Shown here: positions 9,651 to 20,022 of the stretch, one piece after another
How the letters are laid out: every line of letters begins with the position of its first letter
Position numbering within the stretch: the stretch's first letter is position 1
Assembly: GCA_039190745.1 (NCBI GenBank)
Contig: JBCCXZ010000013.1
Location: 1-64,000, forward strand
Length of the DNA: 64,000 nucleotides
Source: Planctomycetota bacterium
GTDB taxonomy: Bacteria; Planctomycetota; Planctomycetia; Pirellulales; Lacipirellulaceae
Direction of reading: 5' to 3'
The notes under the pieces: model-generated
Told to the model about the DNA's origin: nothing
Databases searched by the model: none
What the model saw: the letters and a program-made list of their open reading frames with translations, nothing else
Program-made: the position numbers and the translations under genes

Positions 9651-12626
9651 ATGGACGCTGAGAGGAAACGCATACAGGAAGACCTCCGCGGCGTCCTCAA
9701 GGGCGAGGTCCGTTGCGACGACCTTTTCGTCCAGCTATACGCCACCGATGCCAGCATCTACCAGCTCCGGCCACTCGGGGTCGTCCGTCCAAGGAACGAC
9801 GACGACGTAATCGCTACGATACGCTACGCCGCCGCCAACGGCATCCCTGTCCACGCGCGTGGAGCAGGCTCCGGGCTCGCCGGCGGCGCACTCGGCGGCG
9901 GTCTTGTGATCGACTTCTCTCGTCACATGCGGCGCATACTCGAGATCAACGACGACACGGTCCGCGTGCAGTCTGGCGTTGGTCTAGCAGAACTCAACCG
10001 CCAACTCGGCCGCGTCGGCCGTGTCTTCGGAGTCGACCCCGCCAACCGCGAGGTCTCCACGGTAGGCGGCTGTGTCGGAGTCGACGGCTCGGGCAGCCGC
10101 TGGCCCGTGTACGGCTCGATCCGTTCCCACATCCAAACAGCTTCGGTCGTGATGGCAGACGCCACGCCGGTCCGCCTCGGGCCGCAGCCGACCGGTCGCG
10201 CCGCCGAGCTTACAAGTTCGGTGCAGGGCATCCTCACGCGGCACAGCGACGCGATCGAGAAGCACACGCCCCGCACGTGCGTCAACTCCAGTGGCTACGG
10301 ACTGGGAGCGCTAGCTGCGCACTCAGGCGAGCCGCTCAATCTGGCGCCGCTCCTGGCCGGCAGTGAAGGCACGCTCGCGGTCATGACCGAGGCGACCCTC
10401 CGCACGCAACGGCGCCCGGAACACGTCGGCAGCGCCTTGCTGTTCTTCGAGTCGCTCGACGGCGCCGCCCGCGCCGCGGCGCAGATCAGGGGCCTGCAGC
10501 CCAGCGCCTGCGACTTGATGGACCGCCGCCACCTCAGCCTCGCCCGCGAGATGGACCCTCGCTACGAGCTTCTGATACCGGGCGAAGCAGAGGCCGTCTT
10601 GCTTATCGAGCACCGCGGAGAAACAGAAAACCACCTGGCCGGCGCCATCGAAGACACGCTCCGGCGTTTGCGATCTGACGCATTGCTGAAGTCGGGATCG
10701 TGCGTCGCAGTCCACCCGCAAGACTACCGCTTCGTGTGGCAGCTCGCCCGCAAATTCGTCCCGACGCTCTACCGGCTCGAGGGCGCTACCCGCCCGGTAC
10801 CCTTCGTCGAAGACGTTGCCGTGCCGCCTGATGCGCTGGCGGAGTTCATTCAGCGGGCGCAGGAAGTGCTCAAGCGCAACCGCGTGACCGCATCGGTGTT
10901 CGGCCACGCCAGCCATGGGCAGGTGCACATCCGGCCGTTCCTCAACGTCGACGACCAAGACGACGTACGCTCGATGGGCCGCCTTGCCGATCAGCTCTAC
11001 GAGCACGTCTGGGAACTCGGCGGCACGATCAGCGGCGAACACGGCGACGGTCTCGGCCGCACCCCCTACGTGCCCCGCCAACACGGGCCGCTCACCGAGG
11101 CGTTCCGCAGACTGAAAACGTTGTTCGACCCGCAGGGCATCCTCAACCCCGGGAAGGTCCTGCCTCTTGCCGATACGCAGCCGACGGCCAATCTGCGTCG
11201 TGTGCGGTCATCGCTCACCGAGCACGTCGCGCTCGAAGACCGCGCGCCTGGCACGTCCGGGCCGAGCGGCCAGCCGCTGGTCGAACTACAGCTCGACTGG
11301 AGCGCAGACGAAATGGCCCACGCCGCCCGGGTGTGCAACGGCTGCGCAGCCTGCCGGACAACCTCGTCGGATACGCGGATGTGCCCGATCTTCCGCTACT
11401 CGCCCCGTGAAGAAGCCTCGCCGCGGGCTAAGGCGAATCAAGCCCGCGCCATCCTTACCGAAGCTCTGCCGGCCGGAGCCGCCCTTGAGGAAGATTTCAA
11501 GCAGGTCGCCGACCTCTGCGTCCACTGCCACATGTGTCGGCAAGAGTGCCCCGCGAACGTCGACATCCCCAAGCTGATGATCGAGGCCAAAGCCGCCTAC
11601 CTCGCGGTCAACGGCCAGACGGTGCACGAGTGGTCGGTGACCCATATCGAGACCCTTTGCGCGTTGGCGAGCCAGTTTCACCGACTCGCGAACTGGGGCA
11701 TCCGCAGCCGGCCGACGCGTTGGCTCCTTGAGAAAACTCTCGGGATCGCCCAGGGCCGCAAGCTGCCCCGCTTTGCCGGCAAGCAGTTCCTCCACCGCAG
11801 GCACGAAAGACGCAAGGACAAACGGCAGGAATCGGGACAGGACGGCGGCAAGGCAAAGGTCGTCTACTTCGTCGACACGTATGCGAACTACTGCGACACG
11901 CAGCTCGGCGACGCCCTCTTGAAAGTGCTCCGCCACAACGAAGTAGAAGTCTCGATCCCAAAACTCCAACGGCCTGCGGGTATGCCGATGATTTCCCGCG
12001 GCCTCCTCGACCCGGCCCGCAAAGACGCCGAGCAGAACGTCGGACTGCTCGCCGAGTCGATCCGCCGCGGCTGCACTGTCGTCGCAACCGAGCCCTCCGC
12101 CGTCCTCGCCCTCACGCACGAGTACCCCATGCTGCTGCCAGACGATCCAGACGCGAAGCTGGTCGCCGAGCACGCGGTCGAGTCGTGCCACTACCTCTGG
12201 CGGATGCACCAACGCGGCAAGCTGCGGCTCGATTTCGATCCGGTGCCGCTGAAAATCGGCTACCACCAACCCTGCCACCAGCGGGCGCTCGATGTGGGCG
12301 CCCCCGCCGAACACTTGCTTCGGCTGATCCCCATGCTCCGCGTCGAAACCCTCGACCGCGGCTGCAGCGGCATGGCCGGCCTCTACGGCATGCAGCAGGC
12401 CAACTACCGCCGCAGCCTCCGGGCCGGCCTCCCCCTGCTGGCGGCGGTCCGGAAGGGCAGCTTCAAGGCGGGCGCTACAGAATGTTCCTGTTGCAAGATC
12501 CAGATGGAACAGGGCACGCTCAAACCCACAATTCATCCGCTTAAGCTGGTCGCCTTCGCCTATGGCTTAATGCCCGAGGTGAAGCCGCTGCTGAGTAGGC
12601 CGGGTTCGGAGCTCGTGGTAACATGA
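9651..12626 (+). CDS. FAD-linked oxidase / Fe-S (GlcD+GlcF-like, YdiJ-type) fusion oxidoreductase
   Basis: 'LYATDASIY', 'ARGAGSGLAG', 'GSEGTL', 'SGEHGDG', ferredoxin motifs 'CNGCAAC' and 'CVHCHMCRQECP', C-terminal CCG-like 'YHQPCH...CSGMAG...ECSCC'. Confidence 0.88.
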   Translation: MDAERKRIQEDLRGVLKGEVRCDDLFVQLYATDASIYQLRPLGVVRPRNDDDVIATIRYAAANGIPVHARGAGSGLAGGALGGGLVIDFSRHMRRILEINDDTVRVQSGVGLAELNRQLGRVGRVFGVDPANREVSTVGGCVGVDGSGSRWPVYGSIRSHIQTASVVMADATPVRLGPQPTGRAAELTSSVQGILTRHSDAIEKHTPRTCVNSSGYGLGALAAHSGEPLNLAPLLAGSEGTLAVMTEATLRTQRRPEHVGSALLFFESLDGAARAAAQIRGLQPSACDLMDRRHLSLAREMDPRYELLIPGEAEAVLLIEHRGETENHLAGAIEDTLRRLRSDALLKSGSCVAVHPQDYRFVWQLARKFVPTLYRLEGATRPVPFVEDVAVPPDALAEFIQRAQEVLKRNRVTASVFGHASHGQVHIRPFLNVDDQDDVRSMGRLADQLYEHVWELGGTISGEHGDGLGRTPYVPRQHGPLTEAFRRLKTLFDPQGILNPGKVLPLADTQPTANLRRVRSSLTEHVALEDRAPGTSGPSGQPLVELQLDWSADEMAHAARVCNGCAACRTTSSDTRMCPIFRYSPREEASPRAKANQARAILTEALPAGAALEEDFKQVADLCVHCHMCRQECPANVDIPKLMIEAKAAYLAVNGQTVHEWSVTHIETLCALASQFHRLANWGIRSRPTRWLLEKTLGIAQGRKLPRFAGKQFLHRRHERRKDKRQESGQDGGKAKVVYFVDTYANYCDTQLGDALLKVLRHNEVEVSIPKLQRPAGMPMISRGLLDPARKDAEQNVGLLAESIRRGCTVVATEPSAVLALTHEYPMLLPDDPDAKLVAEHAVESCHYLWRMHQRGKLRLDFDPVPLKIGYHQPCHQRALDVGAPAEHLLRLIPMLRVETLDRGCSGMAGLYGMQQANYRRSLRAGLPLLAAVRKGSFKAGATECSCCKIQMEQGTLKPTIHPLKLVAFAYGLMPEVKPLLSRPGSELVVT

Positions 12627-12865
12627 TCACCCGAGTGCTGCTGTTTGCCGCGGCCCGAGATGCCTGCGGCGACTGGATCGAAGTCGACGCGCCAGAAGGG
12701 GTGACCGCCCGAGAGTTGGTTGCATTGTTGGCGGAGCAGTTCCCAGCGCTTGAGCCGCTCCTGCCTCACTGCCGGTTGGCAATCGGTGAGGCCTATGCGG
12801 CGGACCATGCCACGGTGCCCCCCCACAGCGAGATCGCCCTCATTCCCCCCGTCAGTGGCGGTTAA
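12623..12865 (+). CDS. moaD: Molybdopterin synthase sulfur carrier subunit (MoaD/ThiS family)
   Basis: 80 aa, 'VLLFAAARD', ends 'IALIPPVSGG'. Adjacent to moaE and moaA. Confidence 0.9.
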   Translation: MITRVLLFAAARDACGDWIEVDAPEGVTARELVALLAEQFPALEPLLPHCRLAIGEAYAADHATVPPHSEIALIPPVSGG

Positions 12866-12897
12866 GCAACCCCACAAACGCCCCGCCTCCCATTCCG

Positions 12898-13338
12898 ATG
12901 ATCCGAGTTAGCCCCGATCCAATCGACCTTGCGGAGCTGCACAAGCAGGCAGCCGATCCGTCGACGGGCGCGGTCGTGGTATTCGTCGGGGTTACCCGCG
13001 GCGAGACAGGGGGGCGACTCACGACCCGGCTGGCCTACGAAGCCTACGAATCGATGGCCGCCCGCGAGCTGGAGAGCCTGAAGCACCAAGCTGCTCAACG
13101 CTGGCCGCTTACCGCGTGTCGGCTCGTCCACCGCGTTGGAGATGTCCCCGTAGGCGAGGCCAGCGTCGCGGTTCTCGCTGCCAGCGCTCACCGCAACGAA
13201 GCCTTCGAAGCGGCTCGCTGGCTGATCGACACGCTCAAAGAATCCGTCCCGATCTGGAAGCAGGAACACTACGCCGACGGGTCCAAGGAATGGCAACACC
13301 CTGCGCCGGTGGAAACCCTTGAGAGAGGCAGCCCATGA
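12898..13338 (+). CDS. moaE: Molybdopterin synthase catalytic subunit
   Basis: 'GAVVVFVGVTR', 'LAYEAYESMA', 'HRVG', 'SAHR..AF', 'LKESVPIWKQE'. Confidence 0.93.
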   Translation: MIRVSPDPIDLAELHKQAADPSTGAVVVFVGVTRGETGGRLTTRLAYEAYESMAARELESLKHQAAQRWPLTACRLVHRVGDVPVGEASVAVLAASAHRNEAFEAARWLIDTLKESVPIWKQEHYADGSKEWQHPAPVETLERGSP

Positions 13339-14339
13339 CCAAGCCTCCTCAGGAGTCCACGCTGGTAGACGGCTTTGGCCGCGTCCACACCAGCCTGCGC
13401 GTCAGCGTCACCGACCGCTGCAACCTCCGGTGCACCTACTGCATGCCCGCCGAAGCGGTCTTCCGCCCGCGAGAAGAGCTGCTCACCTTCGAAGAAATCA
13501 CTCGGGTGGTCGAGATCGCCGCCGGCTACGGGGTCAGTAAGCTCCGCCTCACCGGGGGCGAGCCGCTGCTCCGAGCCGGTTTGCACAAACTCATCAGCAT
13601 GCTGCGAGGCGTGCAAGCCATTGAGGAGATCGCGCTCACCACCAACGGACTCCTCTTGCCAGAGCAGGCTCGGCCGCTCGCCGACGCAGGCCTCGACCGC
13701 TTGAACGTCAGCCTGGATGCCGTCGCAGAAGAAGCCTTCCAGCAAATCAGCCGCCGCCAAGGAGTCGACCGCGTCTTCGCCGGCATCGAGGCGGCCCAAC
13801 TGGCTGGCTTCAAAAAAATCCGCGTGAACGCAGTCTCGCTCCGTGGGCTCACCGAGTCTCAGGTCGTCCCGCTCATCGAATATGCTCGCTCTCTCGGTCT
13901 GCAACTCCGGTTCATCGAGTTCATGCCTCTCGACGCCGACGATGCCTGGGTAGGCTCCGACGTCCTCTCCGGCGACGAGGTAAGAACCATCGCCGAAGAC
14001 GCGTTCGGACCGCTCCAACCGACGCCGGGACCCGATTCCCACCAACCGGCAAGCGACTACGTCCTCTCGGACGGGACGCTGATCGGGTTCATCGATTCGG
14101 TGACCCAGCCGTTCTGCGCAACGTGCAACAGATTGCGTCTGACCGCGGAAGGACAGTTCCGGAACTGCCTGTTCTCAACCGAGGACTGGGATGTCCGCGA
14201 ACTGCTCCGCAGCGTAGGCTCCGACCAGCAGATCGCCGAGGTGCTCCGTGAGTGCGTCCGCCAGAAACGGCCTGCCCACGGCATCGGCGAGGCCGGGTTC
14301 CAGAAACCCGAGCGGGCGATGTACGAGATCGGCGGATGA
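13335..14339 (+). CDS. moaA: GTP 3',8-cyclase (radical SAM)
   Basis: 'LRVSVTDRCNLRCTYCMP', 'LTGGEPL', 'FCATCNRLRLTAEG...C', C-terminal 'IGG'. Confidence 0.95.
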   Translation: MTKPPQESTLVDGFGRVHTSLRVSVTDRCNLRCTYCMPAEAVFRPREELLTFEEITRVVEIAAGYGVSKLRLTGGEPLLRAGLHKLISMLRGVQAIEEIALTTNGLLLPEQARPLADAGLDRLNVSLDAVAEEAFQQISRRQGVDRVFAGIEAAQLAGFKKIRVNAVSLRGLTESQVVPLIEYARSLGLQLRFIEFMPLDADDAWVGSDVLSGDEVRTIAEDAFGPLQPTPGPDSHQPASDYVLSDGTLIGFIDSVTQPFCATCNRLRLTAEGQFRNCLFSTEDWDVRELLRSVGSDQQIAEVLRECVRQKRPAHGIGEAGFQKPERAMYEIGG

Positions 14340-15517
14340 GCACGACCGACCGAATCTACCTCGACAACGCTGCTACCAGCTGGCCAAAGCCCGAACCAGT
14401 CTACGCCGCGGTCGAACACTACCAAAGGAATGTCGGCGCGGCAGCCGGACGCGGAGCCTACCGAGCTGGACAACAGGCCGACCGGGTCGTTGCTCACGCC
14501 CGCGCTGCCTGCGCTGAGTTGCTCGGTGTTGCAGCTTCTAACCGTGTTGTATTCACATCGAACGGAACCGACGCACTCAATCTGGCAATCCACGGAGTGC
14601 TCCGTCCTGGCGACCACGCAATCGGCACCCACTGCGAACACAACTCGGTGCTCCGGCCCTTGGAGCACGCCCGCCTAAAACTGGGAGTTGAGGTCGATCT
14701 CGCGCCGATCAATCCTGCCGGCGGCGTCGCCGCAGGCGCAATCGCCTCTCGCATTCGGCCCGAGACGCGGCTCGTTTGTGTTACACACGGTTCAAACGTC
14801 ACGGGGGCCATTCAGCCAATTGCCGAGATTGTTGCCGCGGTCCGGAAGTCGGCCGCCCCGGGAGCCTTGGTGCTGGTCGACGCCGCGCAAACAGCAGGAC
14901 ACCTGCCCATCGACTTCGAATCACTAGACGCCGACCTGTTGGCCACTGGGGGCCACAAGGCCCTACTCGGGCCGCTGGGCACGGGGCTGCTCTGCTTGAG
15001 CGCATCGGCGGCCGAAGCCATCCGCCCGACACGCCAAGGCGGAGCCGGCGCCGACAGCACGATGCGCACCCAACCCACGCCTCTACCCCAGAGGCTTGAA
15101 GCGGGGAACCTCAACCTGCCGGCACTTGCCGGCTTGGCCGCGGCGGCTGACTGGCTTCTCAAAGGAGGCTCAACAGAGTCGTCCGAGAACTGCATCCGTC
15201 AAACGCGGAAGTTGATCGATGGACTGTCCGGAGTAGGCGGCGTACGACCCTTCGGGCCGGGCGTGCAGGACAACCGGCTGCCAGTTGTGGCATTCTCTGT
15301 GGAGGGCTACGATCCGCAAGAGTTCGCGGCGGCTTTGGAGACCGTTGCCCTAGTCGAGTGCCGGGCGGGCCTCCACTGCGCACCGCTGGTCCACCGCACA
15401 CTGGAATCGGATACAACCGGTGGACTCGTCCGCCTGAGCCCCGGCTGGTCCACGACGGACGAACAGATCGACCAAGTCATTGAAGCCGTCGACCAACTGG
15501 TCGCTGCTTTCCACTAG
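14336..15517 (+). CDS. Cysteine desulfurase family protein (class V PLP enzyme)
   Basis: 'IYLDNAATSWPKP', 'EHNSV', 'DAAQTAG', PLP lysine 'GHKALLGP', 'RAGLHCA'. ATGA overlap with moaA. Confidence 0.9.
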   Translation: MSTTDRIYLDNAATSWPKPEPVYAAVEHYQRNVGAAAGRGAYRAGQQADRVVAHARAACAELLGVAASNRVVFTSNGTDALNLAIHGVLRPGDHAIGTHCEHNSVLRPLEHARLKLGVEVDLAPINPAGGVAAGAIASRIRPETRLVCVTHGSNVTGAIQPIAEIVAAVRKSAAPGALVLVDAAQTAGHLPIDFESLDADLLATGGHKALLGPLGTGLLCLSASAAEAIRPTRQGGAGADSTMRTQPTPLPQRLEAGNLNLPALAGLAAAADWLLKGGSTESSENCIRQTRKLIDGLSGVGGVRPFGPGVQDNRLPVVAFSVEGYDPQEFAAALETVALVECRAGLHCAPLVHRTLESDTTGGLVRLSPGWSTTDEQIDQVIEAVDQLVAAFH

Positions 15518-15533
15518 AGCTAGTAGCCACACC

Positions 15534-15962
15534 ATGCCCATAGCCTCTGCCGACGAACCCTGGTACCACGAAGGCCTCAGATTTACCTGCACCGGGTGCG
15601 GTGACTGCTGCACGGGCGCCCCGGGATACGTCTGGGTCAACCAGGCAGAAATCGACGCCATGGCTACCCGCCTTGGCATTTCACCCAACGATTTCGAGTC
15701 AAGGTTCGTCCGTCGGGTCGGCATCCGTCGCAGCCTTAAGGAGCACGCCAATTACGACTGCGTCTTCCTCGACCCCGAAACTCGGAAATGCGGCGTTTAC
15801 GAGCAGAGGCCCCGGCAGTGCCGCACCTGGCCGTTCTGGAAGTCCACGACCAAGACCGAGGCTGCTTGGGAAGAAACTTGCGAGGTCTGCCCGGGCTCCG
15901 GCAAGGGACGCCTCTATCAATTGGAACAGATCGAAGCCCGTGTGGGGGAAATCTCCGTCTGA
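15534..15962 (+). CDS. YkgJ family Cys-cluster (CxxCxxCC) protein
   Basis: 'FTCTGCGDCC', 'CVFLD...CGVYEQRPRQCRTWPFW', 'CPG'. Confidence 0.88.
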   Translation: MPIASADEPWYHEGLRFTCTGCGDCCTGAPGYVWVNQAEIDAMATRLGISPNDFESRFVRRVGIRRSLKEHANYDCVFLDPETRKCGVYEQRPRQCRTWPFWKSTTKTEAAWEETCEVCPGSGKGRLYQLEQIEARVGEISV

Positions 15963-16217
15963 GCCTCCATCGGCCCAGAATCCCTAGGAGACCCCTGCGT
16001 TAATTTGTACCGGTTAGTTCAAGTTTGTCGGTTCAGAGCGTCGATGGTTGTCGCAGGGCCGATTCCGAGCTCCCACGCCCGCGGCCCTGCGTGATCCGTC
16101 GCTTTTTTCGCTCTTTGACAACCGAATTACCGCAAGCTGCAGTTCTGCGAAGGGCTAGCATAGGCCTCTCAACCCCGGCTTTACCCCCGGCGTGACCCAG
16201 AGGGAGTGCCCGCAATG

Positions 16218-16246
16218 TTGACTCTAATGCTTACTGTAACTACACT
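16218..16246 (+). promoter_or_regulatory. Putative sigma70 promoter of the HU/IHF gene
   Basis: TTGACT (16218-16223), 17-nt spacer, TACACT (16241-16246), in an AT-rich patch about 115 nt upstream of the start. Confidence 0.6.
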
Positions 16247-16361
16247 TGGAGCTATTAAGACGCTCCTGTGGCAGTCGCTGCTTTGAAGCTAACCGCTTTT
16301 TGAGCTACCCGCGCCTGCACCTGACCGGCTCCTCTGGACGACCCTCCTCATAGGGGAATTC

Positions 16362-16793
16362 GTGGTGACAAAAAAAGAGATTGTCAAAACGATTTCCGAT
16401 GAAATCGGCCTGACCCAGTTGAAGACGAAGGAAATCGTCCAAAAGACATTCGATGCGATCATCGACACGCTGGTGGAAGACCAGCGGATCGAGCTCAGGA
16501 ACTTCGGCGTGTTCGAAGTGAAGCGGCGAGCCGCTCGGAAAGCCCGCAATCCGCGGACCGGCGAGAAAGTGTTCGTCCCCGAGAAGTTCGTCGTAACGTT
16601 CAAGCCTGGTAAGGAGATGGAAGAACGCGTCCGCGAGATGGAACGCAAGGCAGCCGAGGAGGCAGCCCGCGAAGCCGCCGCGACCGCCGCCCAGAACACC
16701 GGCACGCCGATGAACCACGATATGCCGAACGGGGCTCCGCCTAGTGGCGAAACATACACGCACACAAGCACTTACGAATCGAACAACGGCTAG
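16362..16793 (+). CDS. HU/IHF family DNA-binding protein with C-terminal extension
   Basis: '[10 protein letters not shown]', '[29 protein letters not shown]', 'FKPGKEM'. Confidence 0.93.
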   Translation: MVTKKEIVKTISDEIGLTQLKTKEIVQKTFDAIIDTLVEDQRIELRNFGVFEVKRRAARKARNPRTGEKVFVPEKFVVTFKPGKEMEERVREMERKAAEEAAREAAATAAQNTGTPMNHDMPNGAPPSGETYTHTSTYESNNG

Positions 16794-17047
16794 GTCGTCC
16801 GGAAGAGCAGGAACTCTTTCGCGAGGACCAGCGGGTAAGCAGGCATCTGGGCTCGGCGCACCGCCGACCCGACTGTAGGATCCGCCGGCTTTTCGACCGG
16901 CGAGCCTTCGCTAGCAAGCTTGCCAACCTATTCTGAGAACACTTTTCACTTGCGGATGGGGCCAACGCCGGCGGAGCCGGTTCGAGCCTCGGGATCGTCA
17001 GGCAGCGTCTACGGACGCCGTCGCGGCTCATGGAGGAGCTAGGAGAG

Positions 17048-17266
17048 ATGCGCAAAGGTCTATTGGCGTTCGCGATGGCCTGCACGCTGGTGTCGAACAC
17101 CGGCTGCTTGCTACCGCTGTATTCGGGCGACCCCGCCCGACGCTCGCAGCAACTGATCCACACCTCCGAGAACCTCCGTGCGATCCTCAACGAGTGGGAG
17201 CGCATCTGGTTCTTGGATCAGCCCTCGCACCTAACGCCTCACAGCGTCCACGGCGGCGTCATCTAG
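17048..17266 (+). CDS. Small lipoprotein of unknown function
   Basis: AGGAG RBS, signal peptide with lipobox-like 'NTGC', compact C-terminus 'EWERIWFLDQPSHLTP'. Confidence 0.7.
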   Translation: MRKGLLAFAMACTLVSNTGCLLPLYSGDPARRSQQLIHTSENLRAILNEWERIWFLDQPSHLTPHSVHGGVI

Positions 17267-17408
17267 CCCGGACGCTGTTTTCTGGCTGGTTTCTGAAACC
17301 TCATCTGTTTGCGCTCTCGGTGTGCGCCAACACCGGTCCGTTTGCCCTCCGCCGCCGGGCGTCTTAGATTGACGGCTTTGCCTACCCCGCCGGTGCCTCC
17401 GTCAGTAG

Positions 17409-18368
17409 TTGCCACACGCTCCACCGCCACCCGCCGCTCCGCCCGCCGTTGACCTGGCCGTCCAGTGCGGCCGGCTCCGCCTGCCCAACCCCGTGCTGGT
17501 CGCCTCGGGCACCTTCGGTTACGCGCGGGAAATGGAGAGCTTGGTCGACCTCTCCCGCTTGGGCGGAATCCTGCCCAAGACCATCACGAAGGCCCCACGC
17601 GCGGGCAACGCCCCTTGGCGTACGATCGAGACCCCGTCCGGCATGCTCAACTCGATCGGCCTCGACAACGACGGCATCGATGCGTTCGTTGAGCACCACC
17701 TGCCCTATCTGAGCGGCCTGGGCACGCCGGTCGTCGTTAGCATCGCGGGACGGAATCACGAAGAATTTGTTGCGATGACTGCGCAGCTCTCCGACTGCGT
17801 GGCGGACGCCGGGCTGCGGATCGACGCGGTGGAGCTGAACATCTCCTGCCCCAACGTCACCGGCGGGGTCGACTTCGGCACCGCCCCCGACAGCTGCGAG
17901 CGGCTGGTCGCGGCCTGCCGAGCCGCGGGCGAAGTACCGGTCATCGCCAAGCTGACGCCGAACGTCACGAGTGTGGTCGACATCGCCAAGGCCGCGGAGG
18001 CCGGCGGGGCAGATGCGCTTTCGTTGATCAACACCTGCCAAGGCATGGCTGTCGACTGGCGTGGACGCAAGCCGATGCTGGGCAACGTCATCGGCGGGCT
18101 GAGCGGCCCGGCCATCAAACCGATTGCCCTCCGCTGCGTTTGGCAGGTCTCGCAGGCGGTCCGCACGCCGCTGATCGGCATCGGCGGCATCGCCTCGATC
18201 GACGACGTGATGGAGTTTCTCGTCGCCGGCGCCTCGGCGGTTCAACTTGGCACGGTCAACTTCTACAATCCGACTGCCTCGATGCAGGTGATCGATGCGC
18301 TGCCTTCCGCTGTGCAAGAACTGGGCGCCAGCCGAGTGCGAGACGTGGTCGGCACGCTGAGCATCTGA
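17409..18368 (+). CDS. pyrD: Dihydroorotate dehydrogenase, class 1 catalytic subunit
   Basis: '[11 protein letters not shown]', 'MLNSIGLDN', 'ELNISCPNV', 'KLTPN', '[10 protein letters not shown]'. Confidence 0.92.
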   Translation: MPHAPPPPAAPPAVDLAVQCGRLRLPNPVLVASGTFGYAREMESLVDLSRLGGILPKTITKAPRAGNAPWRTIETPSGMLNSIGLDNDGIDAFVEHHLPYLSGLGTPVVVSIAGRNHEEFVAMTAQLSDCVADAGLRIDAVELNISCPNVTGGVDFGTAPDSCERLVAACRAAGEVPVIAKLTPNVTSVVDIAKAAEAGGADALSLINTCQGMAVDWRGRKPMLGNVIGGLSGPAIKPIALRCVWQVSQAVRTPLIGIGGIASIDDVMEFLVAGASAVQLGTVNFYNPTASMQVIDALPSAVQELGASRVRDVVGTLSI

Positions 18369-18392
18369 GAATTTAGATTGAAGATTGTAGAT
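18365..18392. repeat. 7-nt periodic array (ctgagaa|tttagat|tgaagat|tgtagat)
   Basis: Four heptamers overlap the pyrD stop. Similar to the array at 19398-19432. Confidence 0.6.
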
Positions 18393-18431
18393 CGGCCTGC
18401 ACCCCATCATTGCTCTCACACAACGGCACAC

Positions 18432-19415
18432 ATGAAGGTTCTCTCCGGCATCCAACCGACCGGCCCGTTCCATTGGGGCAACTACTTCGGCGCCATCCGG
18501 CAGTACATCGCTCTGCAGGAGGCCGAGCAGGCGTACTACTTCATCGCCAACCTGCACGCGCTGACCACGGTGCGGGAGCGGGAACTGCTGGAGCAGTACA
18601 CCTTCGATGCGGCGATCGATCTGCTGGCGTTGGGTCTCGACCCCGAGCAGGCGGTCATGTTCGTGCAGTCGGACGTGCCCGAGGTGAGCGAACTCTGCTG
18701 GATCCTGATGACCGGCACCCCGATGGGTTTGCTGGAGCGGTGCCACGCCTACAAGGACAAGAAGGCGAAGGGCCTGGCGGCGGACGCGGGGTTGTTCGCT
18801 TACCCGGTGCTGCAGGCGGCGGACATCCTGGCGTTCAGCAGCGACACCGTGCCGGTGGGCGAGGATCAGGTGCAGCACATCGAGGTCTGCCGCGATATCG
18901 CGGGGAGCTTCAATCATAAGTTTGGCGACGTGTTTGTTCTTCCGAAGGCCAAGGTGTTGGACGGGTCGGCCCGCGTGCCGGGGCTGGACGGGGAGAAGAT
19001 GAGCAAGAGTTACAACAACTGGTTGGCTGTGTTCGAGCACGCCAACAAACAGAAGAAGCAGATCATGCGGATCGCGACCGACTCGCGACCGATGGACGAG
19101 CCGAAGGAGCCGGAGGGCGACATCCTTTATCAGCTGTTCTCGCTGGTGGCGCCGGAGGCGGACGTTACGGAAATGGCGGCGTTGTACCGTATGGGCGGGT
19201 TTGGGTACGGCGACATCAAGAAGCGGCTGGCCGCGGCGGCGGAGGCTTATTTTGCTGAGGCTCGCGGGAGGCGGGCCGATTGGGAATCGCGTCCCGACGA
19301 CGTGCGCGACATCCTGAAGCGGGGCTCTGCGGCGGCACGCGAGAAGGCGAGCGGGGTTTTGGATCGTGCTCAAGAGGCGTGCGGCTTGGTGGGGCATCTG
19401 GGATCTAAGATCTGA
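18432..19415 (+). CDS. trpS: Tryptophan--tRNA ligase
   Basis: '[14 protein letters not shown]' (HIGH-like), '[10 protein letters not shown]', 'VPVGEDQ', 'KMSKS'. Confidence 0.96.
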   Translation: MKVLSGIQPTGPFHWGNYFGAIRQYIALQEAEQAYYFIANLHALTTVRERELLEQYTFDAAIDLLALGLDPEQAVMFVQSDVPEVSELCWILMTGTPMGLLERCHAYKDKKAKGLAADAGLFAYPVLQAADILAFSSDTVPVGEDQVQHIEVCRDIAGSFNHKFGDVFVLPKAKVLDGSARVPGLDGEKMSKSYNNWLAVFEHANKQKKQIMRIATDSRPMDEPKEPEGDILYQLFSLVAPEADVTEMAALYRMGGFGYGDIKKRLAAAAEAYFAEARGRRADWESRPDDVRDILKRGSAAAREKASGVLDRAQEACGLVGHLGSKI

Positions 19416-19493
19416 GATGTAAGATTGAAGATGTGTGGGATGGCTTAGCCATCGTTTTTTCTGATCAGCGATCTGCAATCTTCGGTCTGCAAT
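19398..19493. repeat. Inverted pair of heptamer arrays with an internal terminator-like hairpin
   Basis: Five NNNNGAT units (19398-19432), then hairpin gatggc-tta-gccatc plus T-run (19439-19460), then four ATCNNNN-type units (19464-19491) that run into the acpS ATG. Confidence 0.7.
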
Positions 19494-19893
19494 GGCTCTC
19501 CAAATCCTTGGCATCGGCACGGACATCATCGAGTGCTTGCGGATTGCGCAGATGATTGAGCGGCACGGGGAAATCTTTATCAACCGGGTCTACACCGAGC
19601 ATGAGATCGAGTACTGCTCGACGAAGAAGGCGGCGACGCAGCACTACGCGGGGCGTTGGGCGGCGAAGGAGGCGGTGCTGAAGGCGTTGGGCACCGGCTG
19701 GATCCGCGGGATCGCTTGGCGGGATATCGAGGTGCGGAACCTCAAGGGCGGGGCGCCGACCATCGCTTTGCGGGGCGGGGCCCGAGAGGTTTTTGAGGGG
19801 TCGGGAATGAAGACGATGCACATCAGCATCAGCCACTGCCGGAGCCACGCGACGGCGTACGCGGTGGCGGAGGGCGAGGCGGTTGGGGGTTAG
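19492..19893 (+). CDS. acpS: Holo-[acyl-carrier-protein] synthase
   Basis: 'GIGTDII', 'AGRWAAKEAVLKALGTG', 'HISISH'. Confidence 0.95.
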   Translation: MALQILGIGTDIIECLRIAQMIERHGEIFINRVYTEHEIEYCSTKKAATQHYAGRWAAKEAVLKALGTGWIRGIAWRDIEVRNLKGGAPTIALRGGAREVFEGSGMKTMHISISHCRSHATAYAVAEGEAVGG

Positions 19894-20022
19894 GTTTTGA
19901 CCCTCTGCGGCGTGATTCTCGCGGCGGGGACAAAAGCTCCTTTCTTTTGGCAAAGCAGGCCTTGGATTCTCCGGCGATGCGTAGCATCGCGGCTATTCTT
20001 CGGGTGACAAAAAGGCGTGGGG

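Noticed and set aside
16052..16091. Hairpin cgcagggccg/cggccctgcg as the terminator of the moa operon
   Set aside because: The 20-nt loop and a T-run about 11 nt away from the stem make it too weak to call.
17382..19583. 733-aa minus-strand ORF
   Set aside because: Antisense shadow of pyrD and trpS. It has no recognisable motifs, and such ORFs are expected in high-GC DNA.
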